From Paraphysomonas bandaiensis (Eukaryota; Protista; Chrysophyceae), in NCBI GenBank assembly GCA_965644295.1, contig CBFFRP010000655.1, forward strand, positions 1 to 64,000: a stretch of 64,000 nucleotides of DNA. The letters are read 5' to 3'. How positions within the stretch are numbered: position 1 is the first letter of the stretch; every line of letters starts with the position of its first letter. Both the position numbers and the translations under genes were made by a program. A model generated the notes under the pieces. The model saw only the letters and a list, made by a program, of their open reading frames with translations. It was not told where the DNA came from and searched no databases. Shown piece after piece: positions 53,634 to 64,000 of this stretch.

Positions 53634-55113
53634 TTATTCATACTCAGGGTCAAACCCCACCACAAAAGACGTACGTTGTAGCTGCTGCTTCAGCTTCTTA
53701 GCATTTGCAATCGATTGCAGAATATCCTCGCTTGAATTAGCAGACACACCTTCTTGGGCCCTGTATATCCGAAAATATTAGTATCCAGTGACAAATAGCA
53801 GGGAATATATATTTAACGCAAAGTTCTAACTGCCGCATAGGTTGCACATCTTGATGATATACACAGGGAAAAGCTGGTTCCAGATAGTACCTGTGGGTGT
53901 TGCTTTTGTATTCAGTCTTGTCATCTCCAAGAGAAAAGTGACATCTACGCGTTTCATCGATTACCTTCCGGAGTTCGGCTTTTCGATCCCCTACAGTGAT
54001 TGTCACGTCTACGCTAGATACAATAAAGAGTCCAAATGGCTATACTACACTTACCATGATTGTAACATTCTTCCGGTAGATTTTTATACCCTCTCCTGTA
54101 GTCGGAAGTATAATCCACTTTCTCCTCGCCCATTGATATTTGATGCCTTCGGAGGTGTGTCTTTAATGCGGTCACTTCATCTTTCATCTTGCTAAAGTCA
54201 TTCGTGTTGCCATGGTAGCACATTGCATCCTAAAGTACAACATTCAGGCACCAATGTCGCCAGAGAATACAATACGCATACACAACGGGTAAACGGAAAT
54301 TACATGAGTAATGGGAAGCGTATACGTACTTGGGCAACAGATTTATAATTAGGCTTCTCTGATCCGAAGTCAATTGAGCTCTTCTGGGCTGGGATAGAAA
54401 CAGTGGGCTTCGTTTTTCCCAATTGTCCAGCTGGCGAAAAGCACATAACAAAATCATTGAAAAATGGAAATGTAGTAGTTTTAATAATCTAAGCCTTCAA
54501 GAGAATAATCCATATGTCCTAAACTGTCTTGCGTACCTTCAGCAGATGCTCGGAGCCCAGCCCTTGCTGTCGTCTCGTAGTCCACTTTCTCGTCACCCAG
54601 TGAAAAATTGGCCCGAGTTAATTGAGCCTGGACACATAAACCTGACTTAGCAATGCAGTGGTATTTATTATGCGCATTCAATTACAACACCAACATGATA
54701 ATATACTAATAGCAAAGTACTGCACATAATATTCAGAGTGATAGCTAAAATTACCTTCATATCTTTATTTCTGGCCGTCTGTGACTTACGTTCTTCTATA
54801 TCAAAACCATGCATAACATTTTTCTGCTGACTGTGAGCATCACTTAAATATTCCACCTGAATAAGAAGTTATGTCGATTCAATAAAGACACGAAAAGAGT
54901 GTTTGACAATATTTTTTATGTATCTGCACTCACCGAGTCGTTTCCAAATAGTATGGATGTCTTCGTGTTCGCTAATTTGCGGTTCCTCAATTCAGATACC
55001 ATTTTACCTCTGTCATAACTGCCTATTTTGGAGGCTACATCTTCCATTGCTGATGATGTTGTGGTCACCCAGCGTTTGCTAGGTGAGCGTGGAGATTGTT
55101 GATTAGAAGGCAT
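53634..55113 (-). CDS. Repeat protein with (F/I)xLG(D/E)xxxxYxS/T motifs; SAXO5/TEX45-like ciliary microtubule inner protein candidate
   Basis: SILFGNDSVEYLSD, ANFSLGDEKVDYETT, HQISMGEEKVDYTSD, CHFSLGDDKTEYKSN, TSFVVGFDPEYE* across several exons. Confidence 0.6.
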
Positions 55114-55674
55114 TTAGCAAATTTTACAAGTATGTAGAATACTAATGAAGTTCTAATTGTAAATAAGGTATAGCAGGTGTCTGATATACTCAATCTTAAT
55201 GGACGGTTAAGTATCTATATCACTGCAGGCCAATGTACTCTATAGCTACCATATGCACACACGAGAACTCGAAACCGTCACAACTGAGACACTTGTAGAG
55301 CACTGTAACTGTATACACGCTCTGTAGTAGATGACTGTATGATGAAGAAAACTAACGGATTTTTCCCAGATACACACCAACTGTTTGACGGTAGTTTGTG
55401 GGGTATGAATGGTTCCATTATGCAGTACCACACAGACTGTACTTTTGGAATTGTACTGTACAAAAAACTTTCCTTTTACACGAGTACAATACAAACACCA
55501 ACATGAACTCCAACCCATTATAGTACTACGAAGTCCATAAGTACACTATCGAAGTACGATAGTCCATAAAGTCCATATATATATACATATATTTCCTGTA
55601 CATACATACATATATAGACATCCATACATATCACACCAACCTAACCACAGGCTCTTAACTCCAACCTATAGAAA

Positions 55675-58607
55675 ATGCCAAGAAGAGTCCCTAAGAAACA
55701 AGATATTCAGCAGATAGAAAAGGAGGAGATCGGCAATGGTATCCTCTCTAATCAAGATATGATTCTCCTTAAAGACAATCAAGAGCATGCTGTAGAGCTC
55801 TATAAGAAACACGGGTTTATAAGAGAATGTGAGGAGGCAGCGGATAGATATATAGCAAACTGTGAACGGTTTAATGTGGATGTTGATCCAGGAGTTGTCA
55901 TATGTCTCAGAACAGGGTCAGTCAATGCATATGTCTTACACACCACCATAGAGCTAATAGTCAATTCATATGTAATGGTATGTGTGTTTTTGTAGGTGGT
56001 ATATGCTACATCCTACCAAATATTTCAATGAAGGAGCTATGCTTCCATTACTTGGAGTCTTGGACCAAAACCAACACGTGAGATGCCTAAACTTAGCCTA
56101 TACTGGTAATCACTTATATATAAGTTGTGCGCATGTACAATGCGATGCTGCCTATCTCGTGAAGTTGATATTTGCAATTTATTTGTATACCTTCATGTTA
56201 GAATGCACGTTATTGTTGCGTGATAATCGTGCCGTCTGTAGCCATGCAGGACAAGCGCATCAGAAGCAGTGGAAACGGCAACTCTAATGCAAGAGTGCTT
56301 AATTTTATTCTGCGTCAGAACCAAGCCATTGAAGAACTGAACCTCTCTAATACTGGTGAGATGATATGTCTGTGGGATATTGACTATGTAATTACTTGAA
56401 TGTATAACATTGACTGCCGAATCACATAGTTTTAGTATACTCAGCACTTGTTCTATTTCACTCTTGTAAACGCGGTAATATATGTGCGTAGGTCTAGATG
56501 ATGATGGTCTCAAGGAAATAGCACAAGCTCTTAAGGACAATAGAAGTTTGAAAAGGCTGGATGTTTCAGGGAATTATTTTGGTGAGAAAAGCTGTATATC
56601 ATGATAGTAGATTATTTTCGATTTGTTTTCTTTTTGGTATTTATCATCGTAGTAGAATGTGTGTAGGTGTTGTGATACACTGTGCTTGTCGTTCTTTTTG
56701 TCTAAACAGTGTCATAATCTTCAGGTCTAGACGGAGCGCTGAGTTTGAGGGATGCATTGGAGTCTGGATCATCTCTGGAGAAGCTTGATCTGTCCATGAA
56801 TGCTCTTTCCTTTCAGGCAATCCACGCTCTTCAGAGCTCCTGTGCATGCAACGGTATTTCACACTTTTTGTATGACTGTGCTGCACTGTGCCTTGTATTT
56901 TATGCACACGTTACTACTTGAAGTAGAGCACAGTAATGCACACAAGTCCATTGCATTCTCTCGTGTAAAGTTGCCTATTCCATGTGAAGTCACTCTCGCC
57001 ATTACTGTAAGGAGTAAAAAAAAATATATGTATATAGAACGTATAAACTAAGGAGTATATATGTTCTATATAGTTTAATATATTTACATAGGACTCGAGA
57101 TGCTCACCCAAGGAAACTACATATTCGAGGAGATTCTTAATTCTGTGTCCCACGGAGTGGCTCTCATATTCGCTGTTATCGGTTCTGTCATATTGATGAC
57201 AGAGGCCACTGAAACATACAACACAGACTACCATTTCTGGGGTTGTCTTATCTTCTCATTTACACTCATGTTTTTGTTTGCGGTATCCACACTGTTCCAC
57301 TCTTTCTTTATGCTGCCTACAGGTGAATAAGAATAACTCTCATTTCATCGCATCTTACTGTTACATGTAGCTTCTTATGTACTTCAAATTTTGGATCATG
57401 TTGGCATATATATGCTGATAGCAGGTATGCCTCCCAATGTGCACTGCACCAAATGCCCATGACTTCTGGTTGATATTGTGAGAGTAGTCCATTTTCACTC
57501 CATTTATGTTGTTGCTGAAACTAATGAATATCTTGCCACCGAATGTATATCTTGCCACGCTTCATATGGGCAGTCATAACCACATCTCCGCATATATAAC
57601 ATATAGATTCTCATCCCGTGCTCTTCTAATGTGTCCATGACAGGGTCATATACTCCGTTTCTATTGATAGGGCTGCATAACTACACCTCTGCCACGGTTC
57701 TACTAATTGCCCAGTGGATAGCTGCTGCTGCAGGAACAATGTTCGTCAGTGAGTACTCCTTTCCATACATCTGTGCTGTATTTCTTTGAAGCTATTCTGT
57801 TCTTATTCGTATTTTGTATATCATAGCTGGAGCTGATCTCAATAAGCCATCCACAAGTAACATCGAGCTGACTGCATTCGTTTGTATGGGTGGCGCTGCG
57901 GTGTTTGTGTGGCACCATATTCTCGAGGCATTTACGGCTTCGGCAGTCAAGCTACTTGTAGCAGGTATGTCTGTGTGCCCGTACGTAAATTGTATACCAA
58001 GATGTGTGCAAAATAACTTATATCGTTCTCTATACAATTTTACTTTGCCAAGTACATATGTGTATATTATGTTGGCAATGTTTATTCTGATACTGTATGT
58101 ATGCGGCATGAGTTCAATGGAGGAGCTGGATTATCTGATATTTTCACAGGAGGGGCTGCTTACGTGATAGGAATCGTATTCTTTATATGGGGACAGTACA
58201 AGCCCATATATCACTCAGTGTGGCACCTTTTTGTAATGCTAGGTATCTTGGGATCAGACTCGTCTCACGTACGCTTTAATTGTTTTGTCATGCAGGGGCA
58301 AGTCTACACTGGTTCTGTGTTTATTTCTTCATAGTCAATACTAGACTAGGCGGTGTTATGGAGGGTGTATACGAGGATTGTATGAGGGATGGACTGCAGA
58401 CCTGGTATGCATAACACATACGTATTGCATTTCAGAATTATACATAGATTTTACATGTAACATTCACATTGTGAGCTATAATAGCCCACAGCATATTATC
58501 TACAGCATAGTAATACATATCGTGTCTGATAATTTTCGTACTGCAGCGTGCAGGAGCTGTACGATGTTGTAAACATGACCGCGATAGGCACGGATTCCTG
58601 CACCTAA
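55675..58607 (+). CDS. Fusion of RI-type leucine-rich repeats and hemolysin III/PAQR 7-TM domain
   Basis: IEELNLSNTGLDDDGLKEIAQALKDNRSLKRLDVSGNYF, LEKLDLSMN; then EEILNSVSHG, STLFH, LDHVGIYMLIAGSYTPF, HSVWHLFVMLGASLH. Confidence 0.85.
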
Positions 58608-59661
58608 TTAGTTGCAGTTTTCTCGTTTCCGACTAGAACACTGTGCGGAGGATACTCACTGTGCTAGTTGGTGAGAATGGTAAAACTTTTGATTTGTCAT
58701 TGAAGTAACTGCACGTCGTCTACAACAGTGCTCTGATAACGAAGGCCAGTGTGGGCTACTTAGTGTGCTAGAGTTATAATGCTTAAGTTCATTTTCATCG
58801 CTTATATGTATTGTATAACCGATAAACTAATAATAGATCGACTCCAACCTATTCCTACGTACGTACTTGTAGCTTGTTGATGTGTATCGCTAGTAGCTGT
58901 CCTGTATTCTGTGTTGAATCGAAATACAGAATCTACAAAACTACAGCAACAGGAATAATATACGCAAAGCAACTGAAAATAAAGTAGCTCTTAAAAGTTA
59001 AATATAGACTTATAGAGAAATATATTGGAGTTGGTAATAGATATTTTGCTATATTCACACTACTACAACGCCACTACGCCACACGTACAATCTCTCCAAA
59101 TATATATTTCAGTGATTCACAGTGTGTTATAACTAATAACTAACAAAACCGAACTCAAATCGCCTATTAATATGTTACTGATATTGAGCTGCCTGGAGTG
59201 TGTGATTTTGATACTAAAGTAGCAACAGTTTACCACAGGGCTATAACTGCATATATACATTGGTGTAAACACTGTCTAGTAGATTATGGTTTTTCGTTGC
59301 AACTCTGTGGTTACGACATAAGCAAGTACTACTTTTACCGAGTACTTCACACATATATATACATTATTGACATCACTTTGAGGACCTTGAAGAATTAACT
59401 ATACTTTATTGAAGAAACACTTTATATATATGTTAAATACTATTCATCAATGCATATTATCGTACTAAACTGACGTTATATCTGCTAATAGTGCTAACTG
59501 AAGAAATCACTTGTCGCAGTTTTCCCATCAAAACTATACATATTTATGTATACACTCGTCCTTGTGACTAGCCTTCGGCTGCACAGAGAAAATAGTTGTA
59601 GATATTACTGATGATATTTCGGAGATGGAAATGTCAAAAGGTGAAAAACTACTTGTATCTT

Positions 59662-62600
59662 TTAAGATTCACACTCCTCTACCGCCCCAGGATCAAAGCC
59701 TTCCCCAAGTGTGTGCAGACATGAAGAATAGCAGGATAATCCATCATTACCAAATACATGGAGATATTCGAGAGATGTCATATTGCACAGCGAATCGGGA
59801 AGAGATCCAGTAAAATGGTTGGAAGAAAATAGAATGTGTTTGAGTTGAGTCAACCCGCTAAGTGAAGATGAAATAGACCCAGAGAGAGAGTTACTGGATA
59901 AACTGATGTACTCAAGTGATGAAATACGATCCAAAGTAGAGGGTAGACTGCCAGTTAAAGAGTTGCTATACAGTCCTAAGAATTTCAACGCCTGCAGTCT
60001 TCCGATTTCATCTGGTATACTTCCAGTAAAAGCATTTACACCGAGATTGATATAAGCGGCGCCTGATAGACTACCAATTCTGGAGGGGATGGTGGAAGAA
60101 AATAAATTTAATGAAAGATCAAGGTGAGAGAGAAACTGCAGAGACCAAACTTCTTCCGGAATGGGACCCGAAAGGTAGTTGTTTGACATGTCCAAGAATG
60201 TTAAATTCTTCAATCCACCTATTGTGGGTCGTAGCTGACCGCTCAACCCAAACCCTTTAGTATTAATACCGTTGACGTCAACAGTATACTCATCACTGCC
60301 GATATTACGGTGAAAGCTACAATTTACACCCGTCCAGAAGCATACATGTATGTCAGGTATCCCGAATGTACAGCTCCAGCCAGTAAGATTCACAGACTCA
60401 TGTTGGCCAGAAGGAAGATTATACAATGCCAAATCACATAACGCCATCTCAGTAGCAGAAATATTCTGCATATTATTCACTAGAGAAGGCAACAGAGAAG
60501 GCGTACACGTGGGCACTACTGTTGGAGATACAGTAGGAGCATTAGTGGGAACTACTGTTGGACTCACTGTGGGCAATGATGTTGGAGATACAGTAGGAGC
60601 ATTAGTGGGAACTACTGTTGGACTCACTGTGGGCAATGATGTTGGAGATACAGTTGGAGCATCCGTGGGAACCACTGTTGGACTCACTGTGGGCAATGAT
60701 GTTGGAGATACAGTTGGAGCATCCGTGGGAACTACTGTTGGACTCACTGTGGGCAATGATGTTGGAGATACAGTAGGAGCATCCGTGGGAACTACTGTTG
60801 GACTCACTGTGGGTGCGGATGTTGGAGATACAGTAGGAGCATCCGTGGGAACTACTGTTGGACTCACTGTGGGCAATGATGTTGGAGATACAGTAGGAGC
60901 ATTAGTGGGAACTACTGTTGGACTCACTGTGGGTGCGGATGTTGGAGATACAGTAGGAGCATTAGTGGGAACCACTGTTGGACTCACTGTGGGAAATGAT
61001 GTTGGAGATACAGTAGGAGCATCCGTGGGAACTACTGTTGGACTCACTGTGGGCAATGATGTTGGAGATACAGTAGGAGCTTTAGTGGGAACCACTGTTG
61101 GACTCACTGTGGGTGCGGATGTAGGAGCATGCGTGGGAACTACTGTTGGACTCACTGTGGGCAATGATGTTGGAGATACAGTAGGAGCATCCGTGGGAAC
61201 TATTGTTGGACTCACTGTGGGTGCGGATGTTGGAGATACAGTAGGAGCATCCGTGGGAACTACTGTTGGACTCACTGTGGGCAATGATGTTGGAGATACA
61301 GTAGGAGCATTAGTGGGAACTACTGTTGGACTCACTGTGGGCAATGATGTTGGAGATACAGTAGGAGCATCCGTGGGAACCACTGTTGGACTCACTGTGG
61401 GCAATGATGTTGGAGATACAGTAGGAGCATCCGTGGGAACTACTGTTGGACTCACTGTGGGCAATGATGTTGGAGATACAGTAGGAGCATTAGTGGGAAC
61501 CACTGTTGGACTCACTGTGGGTGCGGATGTAGGAGCATGCGTGGGAACTACTGTTGGACTCACTGTGGGTGCGGATGTTGGAGATACAGTAGGAGCATCC
61601 GTGGGAACTATTGTTGGACTCACTGTGGGTGCGGATGTTGGAGATACAGTAGGAGCATTAGTGGGAACTACTGTTGGACTCACTGTGGGCAATGATGTTG
61701 GAGATACAGTAGGAGCATTAGTGGGAACCACTGTTGGACTCACTGTGGGAAATGATGTTGGAGATACAGTAGGAGCATCCGTGGGAACTACTGTTGGACT
61801 CACTGTGGGCAATGATGTTGGAGATACAGTAGGAGCATTAGTGGGAACCACTGTTGGACTCACTGTGGGTGCGGATGTAGGAGCATGCGTGGGAACTACT
61901 GTTGGACTCACTGTGGGCAATGATGTTGGAGATACAGTAGGAGCATCCGTGGGAACTATTGTTGGACTCACTGTGGGTGCGGATGTTGGAGATACAGTAG
62001 GAGCATTAGTGGGAACTACTGTTGGACTCACTGTGGGCAATGATGTTGGAGATACAGTAGGAGCATTAGTGGGAACTACTGTTGGACTCACTGTGGGCAA
62101 TGATGTTGGAGATACAGTAGGAGCATCCGTGGGAACCACTGTTGGACTCACTGTGGGTGCGGATGTTGGAGATACAGTAGGAGCATCCGTGGGAACCACT
62201 GTTGGACTCACTGTGGGTGCGGATGTTGGAGATACAGTAGGAGCATCCGTGGGAACCACTGTTGGACTCACTGTGGGCAATGATGTTGGAGATACAGTAG
62301 GAGCATCCGTGGGAACTACTGTTGGACTCACTGTGGGCAATGATGTTGGAGATACAGTAGGAGCATCCGTGGGAACTATTGTTGGACTCACTGTGGGTGC
62401 GGATGTTGGAGATACAGTAGGAGCTTTAGTGGGAACTACTGTTGGACTCACTGTGGGCAATGATGTTGGAGATACAGTAGGAGCATTAGTGGGAACCACT
62501 GTTGGACTCACTGTGGGAAATGATGTTGGAGATACAGTAGGAGCATCCGTGGGAACTACTGTTGGACTCACTGTGGGCAATGATGTTGGAGATACAGTAG

Positions 62601-64000
62601 GAGCATTAGTGGGAACTACTGTTGGACTCACTGTGGGTGCGGATGTAGGAGCATGCGTGGGAACTACTGTTGGACTCACTGTGGGCAATGATGTTGGAGA
62701 TACAGTAGGAGCATCCGTGGGAACTATTGTTGGACTCACTGTGGGTGCGGATGTTGGAGATACAGTAGGAGCATCCGTGGGAACCACTGTTGGACTCACT
62801 GTGGGTGCGGATGTTGGAGATACAGTAGGAGCATCCGTGGGAACCACTGTTGGACTCACTGTGGGCAATGATGTTGGAGATACAGTAGGAGCATCCGTGG
62901 GAACTACTGTTGGACTCACTGTGGGCAATGATGTTGGAGATACAGTAGGAGCATCCGTGGGAACTACTGTTGGACTCACTGTGGGCAATGATGTTGGAGA
63001 TACAGTAGGAGCATCCGTGGGAACTACTGTTGGACTCACTGTGGGCAATGATGTTGGAGATACAGTAGGAGCATCCGTGGGAACTATTGTTGGACTCACT
63101 GTGGGTGCGGATGTTGGAGATACAGTAGGAACATCCGTGGGAACTACTGTTGGACTCACTGTGGGCAATGATGTTGGAGATACAGTAGGAGCATCCGTGG
63201 GAACTACTGTTGGACTCACTGTGGGTGCGGATGTTGGAGATACAGTAGGAGCATCCGTGGGAACTACTGTTGGACTCACTGTGGGCAATGATGTTGGAGA
63301 TACAGTAGGAGCATTAGTGGGAACCACTGTTGGACTCACTGTGGGAAATGATGTTGGAGATACAGTAGGAGCATCCGTGGGAACTACTGTTGGACTCACT
63401 GTGGGCAATGATGTTGGAGATACAGTAGGAGCATTAGTGGGAACCACTGTTGGACTCACTGTGGGTGCGGATGTAGGAGCATGCGTGGGAACTACTGTTG
63501 GACTCACTGTGGGCAATGATGTTGGAGATACAGTAGGAGCATCCGTGGGAACTATTGTTGGACTCACTGTGGGTGCGGATGTTGGAGATACAGTAGGAGC
63601 ATCCGTGGGAACCACTGTTGGACTCACTGTGGGTGCGGATGTTGGAGATACAGTAGGAGCATCCGTGGGAACCACTGTTGGACTCACTGTGGGTGCGGAT
63701 GTTGGAGATACAGTAGGAGCATGCGTGGGAACTACTGTTGGACTCACTGTGGGCAATGATGTTGGAGATACAGTAGGAGCATCCGTGGGAACCACTGTTG
63801 GACTCACTGTGGGTGCGGATGTTGGAGATACAGTAGGAGCATCCGTGGGAACCACTGTTGGACTCACTGTGGGTGCGGATGTTGGAGATACAGTAGGAGC
63901 ATCCGTGGGAACTACTGTTGGACTCACTGTGGGCAATGATGTTGGAGATACAGTAGGAGCATTAGTGGGAACTACTGTTGGACTCACTGTGGGTGCGGAT
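59662..64000 (-). CDS. Mucin-like Pro/Thr/Ser stalk followed by C-terminal plant-type LRR domain; 5' end lies beyond the window
   Basis: Uninterrupted frame of more than 1440 codons; LRR cap GW..C.WTGVNC; LxxLxxLDLSxNxLxGxIP repeats; no C-terminal transmembrane segment. Confidence 0.9.
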   Translation of the reverse strand, partial: SAPTVSPTVVPTNAPTVSPTSLPTVSPTVVPTDAPTVSPTSAPTVSPTVVPTDAPTVSPTSAPTVSPTVVPTDAPTVSPTSLPTVSPTVVPTHAPTVSPTSAPTVSPTVVPTDAPTVSPTSAPTVSPTVVPTDAPTVSPTSAPTVSPTIVPTDAPTVSPTSLPTVSPTVVPTHAPTSAPTVSPTVVPTNAPTVSPTSLPTVSPTVVPTDAPTVSPTSFPTVSPTVVPTNAPTVSPTSLPTVSPTVVPTDAPTVSPTSAPTVSPTVVPTDAPTVSPTSLPTVSPTVVPTDVPTVSPTSAPTVSPTIVPTDAPTVSPTSLPTVSPTVVPTDAPTVSPTSLPTVSPTVVPTDAPTVSPTSLPTVSPTVVPTDAPTVSPTSLPTVSPTVVPTDAPTVSPTSAPTVSPTVVPTDAPTVSPTSAPTVSPTIVPTDAPTVSPTSLPTVSPTVVPTHAPTSAPTVSPTVVPTNAPTVSPTSLPTVSPTVVPTDAPTVSPTSFPTVSPTVVPTNAPTVSPTSLPTVSPTVVPTKAPTVSPTSAPTVSPTIVPTDAPTVSPTSLPTVSPTVVPTDAPTVSPTSLPTVSPTVVPTDAPTVSPTSAPTVSPTVVPTDAPTVSPTSAPTVSPTVVPTDAPTVSPTSLPTVSPTVVPTNAPTVSPTSLPTVSPTVVPTNAPTVSPTSAPTVSPTIVPTDAPTVSPTSLPTVSPTVVPTHAPTSAPTVSPTVVPTNAPTVSPTSLPTVSPTVVPTDAPTVSPTSFPTVSPTVVPTNAPTVSPTSLPTVSPTVVPTNAPTVSPTSAPTVSPTIVPTDAPTVSPTSAPTVSPTVVPTHAPTSAPTVSPTVVPTNAPTVSPTSLPTVSPTVVPTDAPTVSPTSLPTVSPTVVPTDAPTVSPTSLPTVSPTVVPTNAPTVSPTSLPTVSPTVVPTDAPTVSPTSAPTVSPTIVPTDAPTVSPTSLPTVSPTVVPTHAPTSAPTVSPTVVPTKAPTVSPTSLPTVSPTVVPTDAPTVSPTSFPTVSPTVVPTNAPTVSPTSAPTVSPTVVPTNAPTVSPTSLPTVSPTVVPTDAPTVSPTSAPTVSPTVVPTDAPTVSPTSLPTVSPTVVPTDAPTVSPTSLPTVSPTVVPTDAPTVSPTSLPTVSPTVVPTNAPTVSPTSLPTVSPTVVPTNAPTVSPTVVPTCTPSLLPSLVNNMQNISATEMALCDLALYNLPSGQHESVNLTGWSCTFGIPDIHVCFWTGVNCSFHRNIGSDEYTVDVNGINTKGFGLSGQLRPTIGGLKNLTFLDMSNNYLSGPIPEEVWSLQFLSHLDLSLNLFSSTIPSRIGSLSGAAYINLGVNAFTGSIPDEIGRLQALKFLGLYSNSLTGSLPSTLDRISSLEYISLSSNSLSGSISSSLSGLTQLKHILFSSNHFTGSLPDSLCNMTSLEYLHVFGNDGLSCYSSCLHTLGEGFDPGAVEECES
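60511..64000. repeat. Coding 60-bp minisatellite (20-aa unit) with 48-bp variants, ~58 units
   Basis: Unit gtgggaactactgttggactcactgtgggcaatgatgttggagatacagtaggagcatcc and near-identical variants. Confidence 0.98.

Noticed and set aside
2955-58607. Alternative genetic code or Sec readthrough to explain in-frame stops
   Set aside because: Stops I checked in conserved genes fall inside canonical introns; TAA, TAG and TGA are all used as true terminators
1-64000. tRNA, rRNA and snRNA genes
   Set aside because: No recognisable conserved signatures seen by eye; tRNAscan-SE or Infernal is needed to exclude them

Overview
Gene-dense eukaryotic nuclear DNA with many short (mostly ~40-70 nt) GT-AG introns, so the ORF track is fragmented; gene content suggests a flagellated protist, probably a stramenopile (inference). 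I reconstructed about 20 protein-coding genes by splicing: FkbM-like methyltransferase, low-Mr thioredoxin reductase, RPS21 (absent from the ORF track), a large TULIP/HAM1-like plus PDZ protein, a subtilisin, an S28 peptidase, cyclin L, an EF-hand/WW protein, RIIAD1-like, DUF4460/TCAIM-like, Niban-like PH protein, a CTFKP-repeat protein, a DSP pseudophosphatase, PRP19, RPS11, RPB5, a bacterial-type [2Fe-2S] ferredoxin, a SAXO5-like repeat protein, an LRR-HlyIII fusion and a mucin-stalk LRR protein that runs off the right edge. Non-coding highlights: a structured AT-rich 0.6 kb at the left edge (tandem repeats, TCTA-array inverted repeat, 30-bp palindrome) that may be the end of an endogenous virus or transposon; a recurring upstream architecture (head-to-head genes, GTAT/ATAC tracts, a shared TACTGCTGTA motif); and a dispersed decayed transposon family. 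Exon boundaries and family calls were read by eye, and no searches were run.
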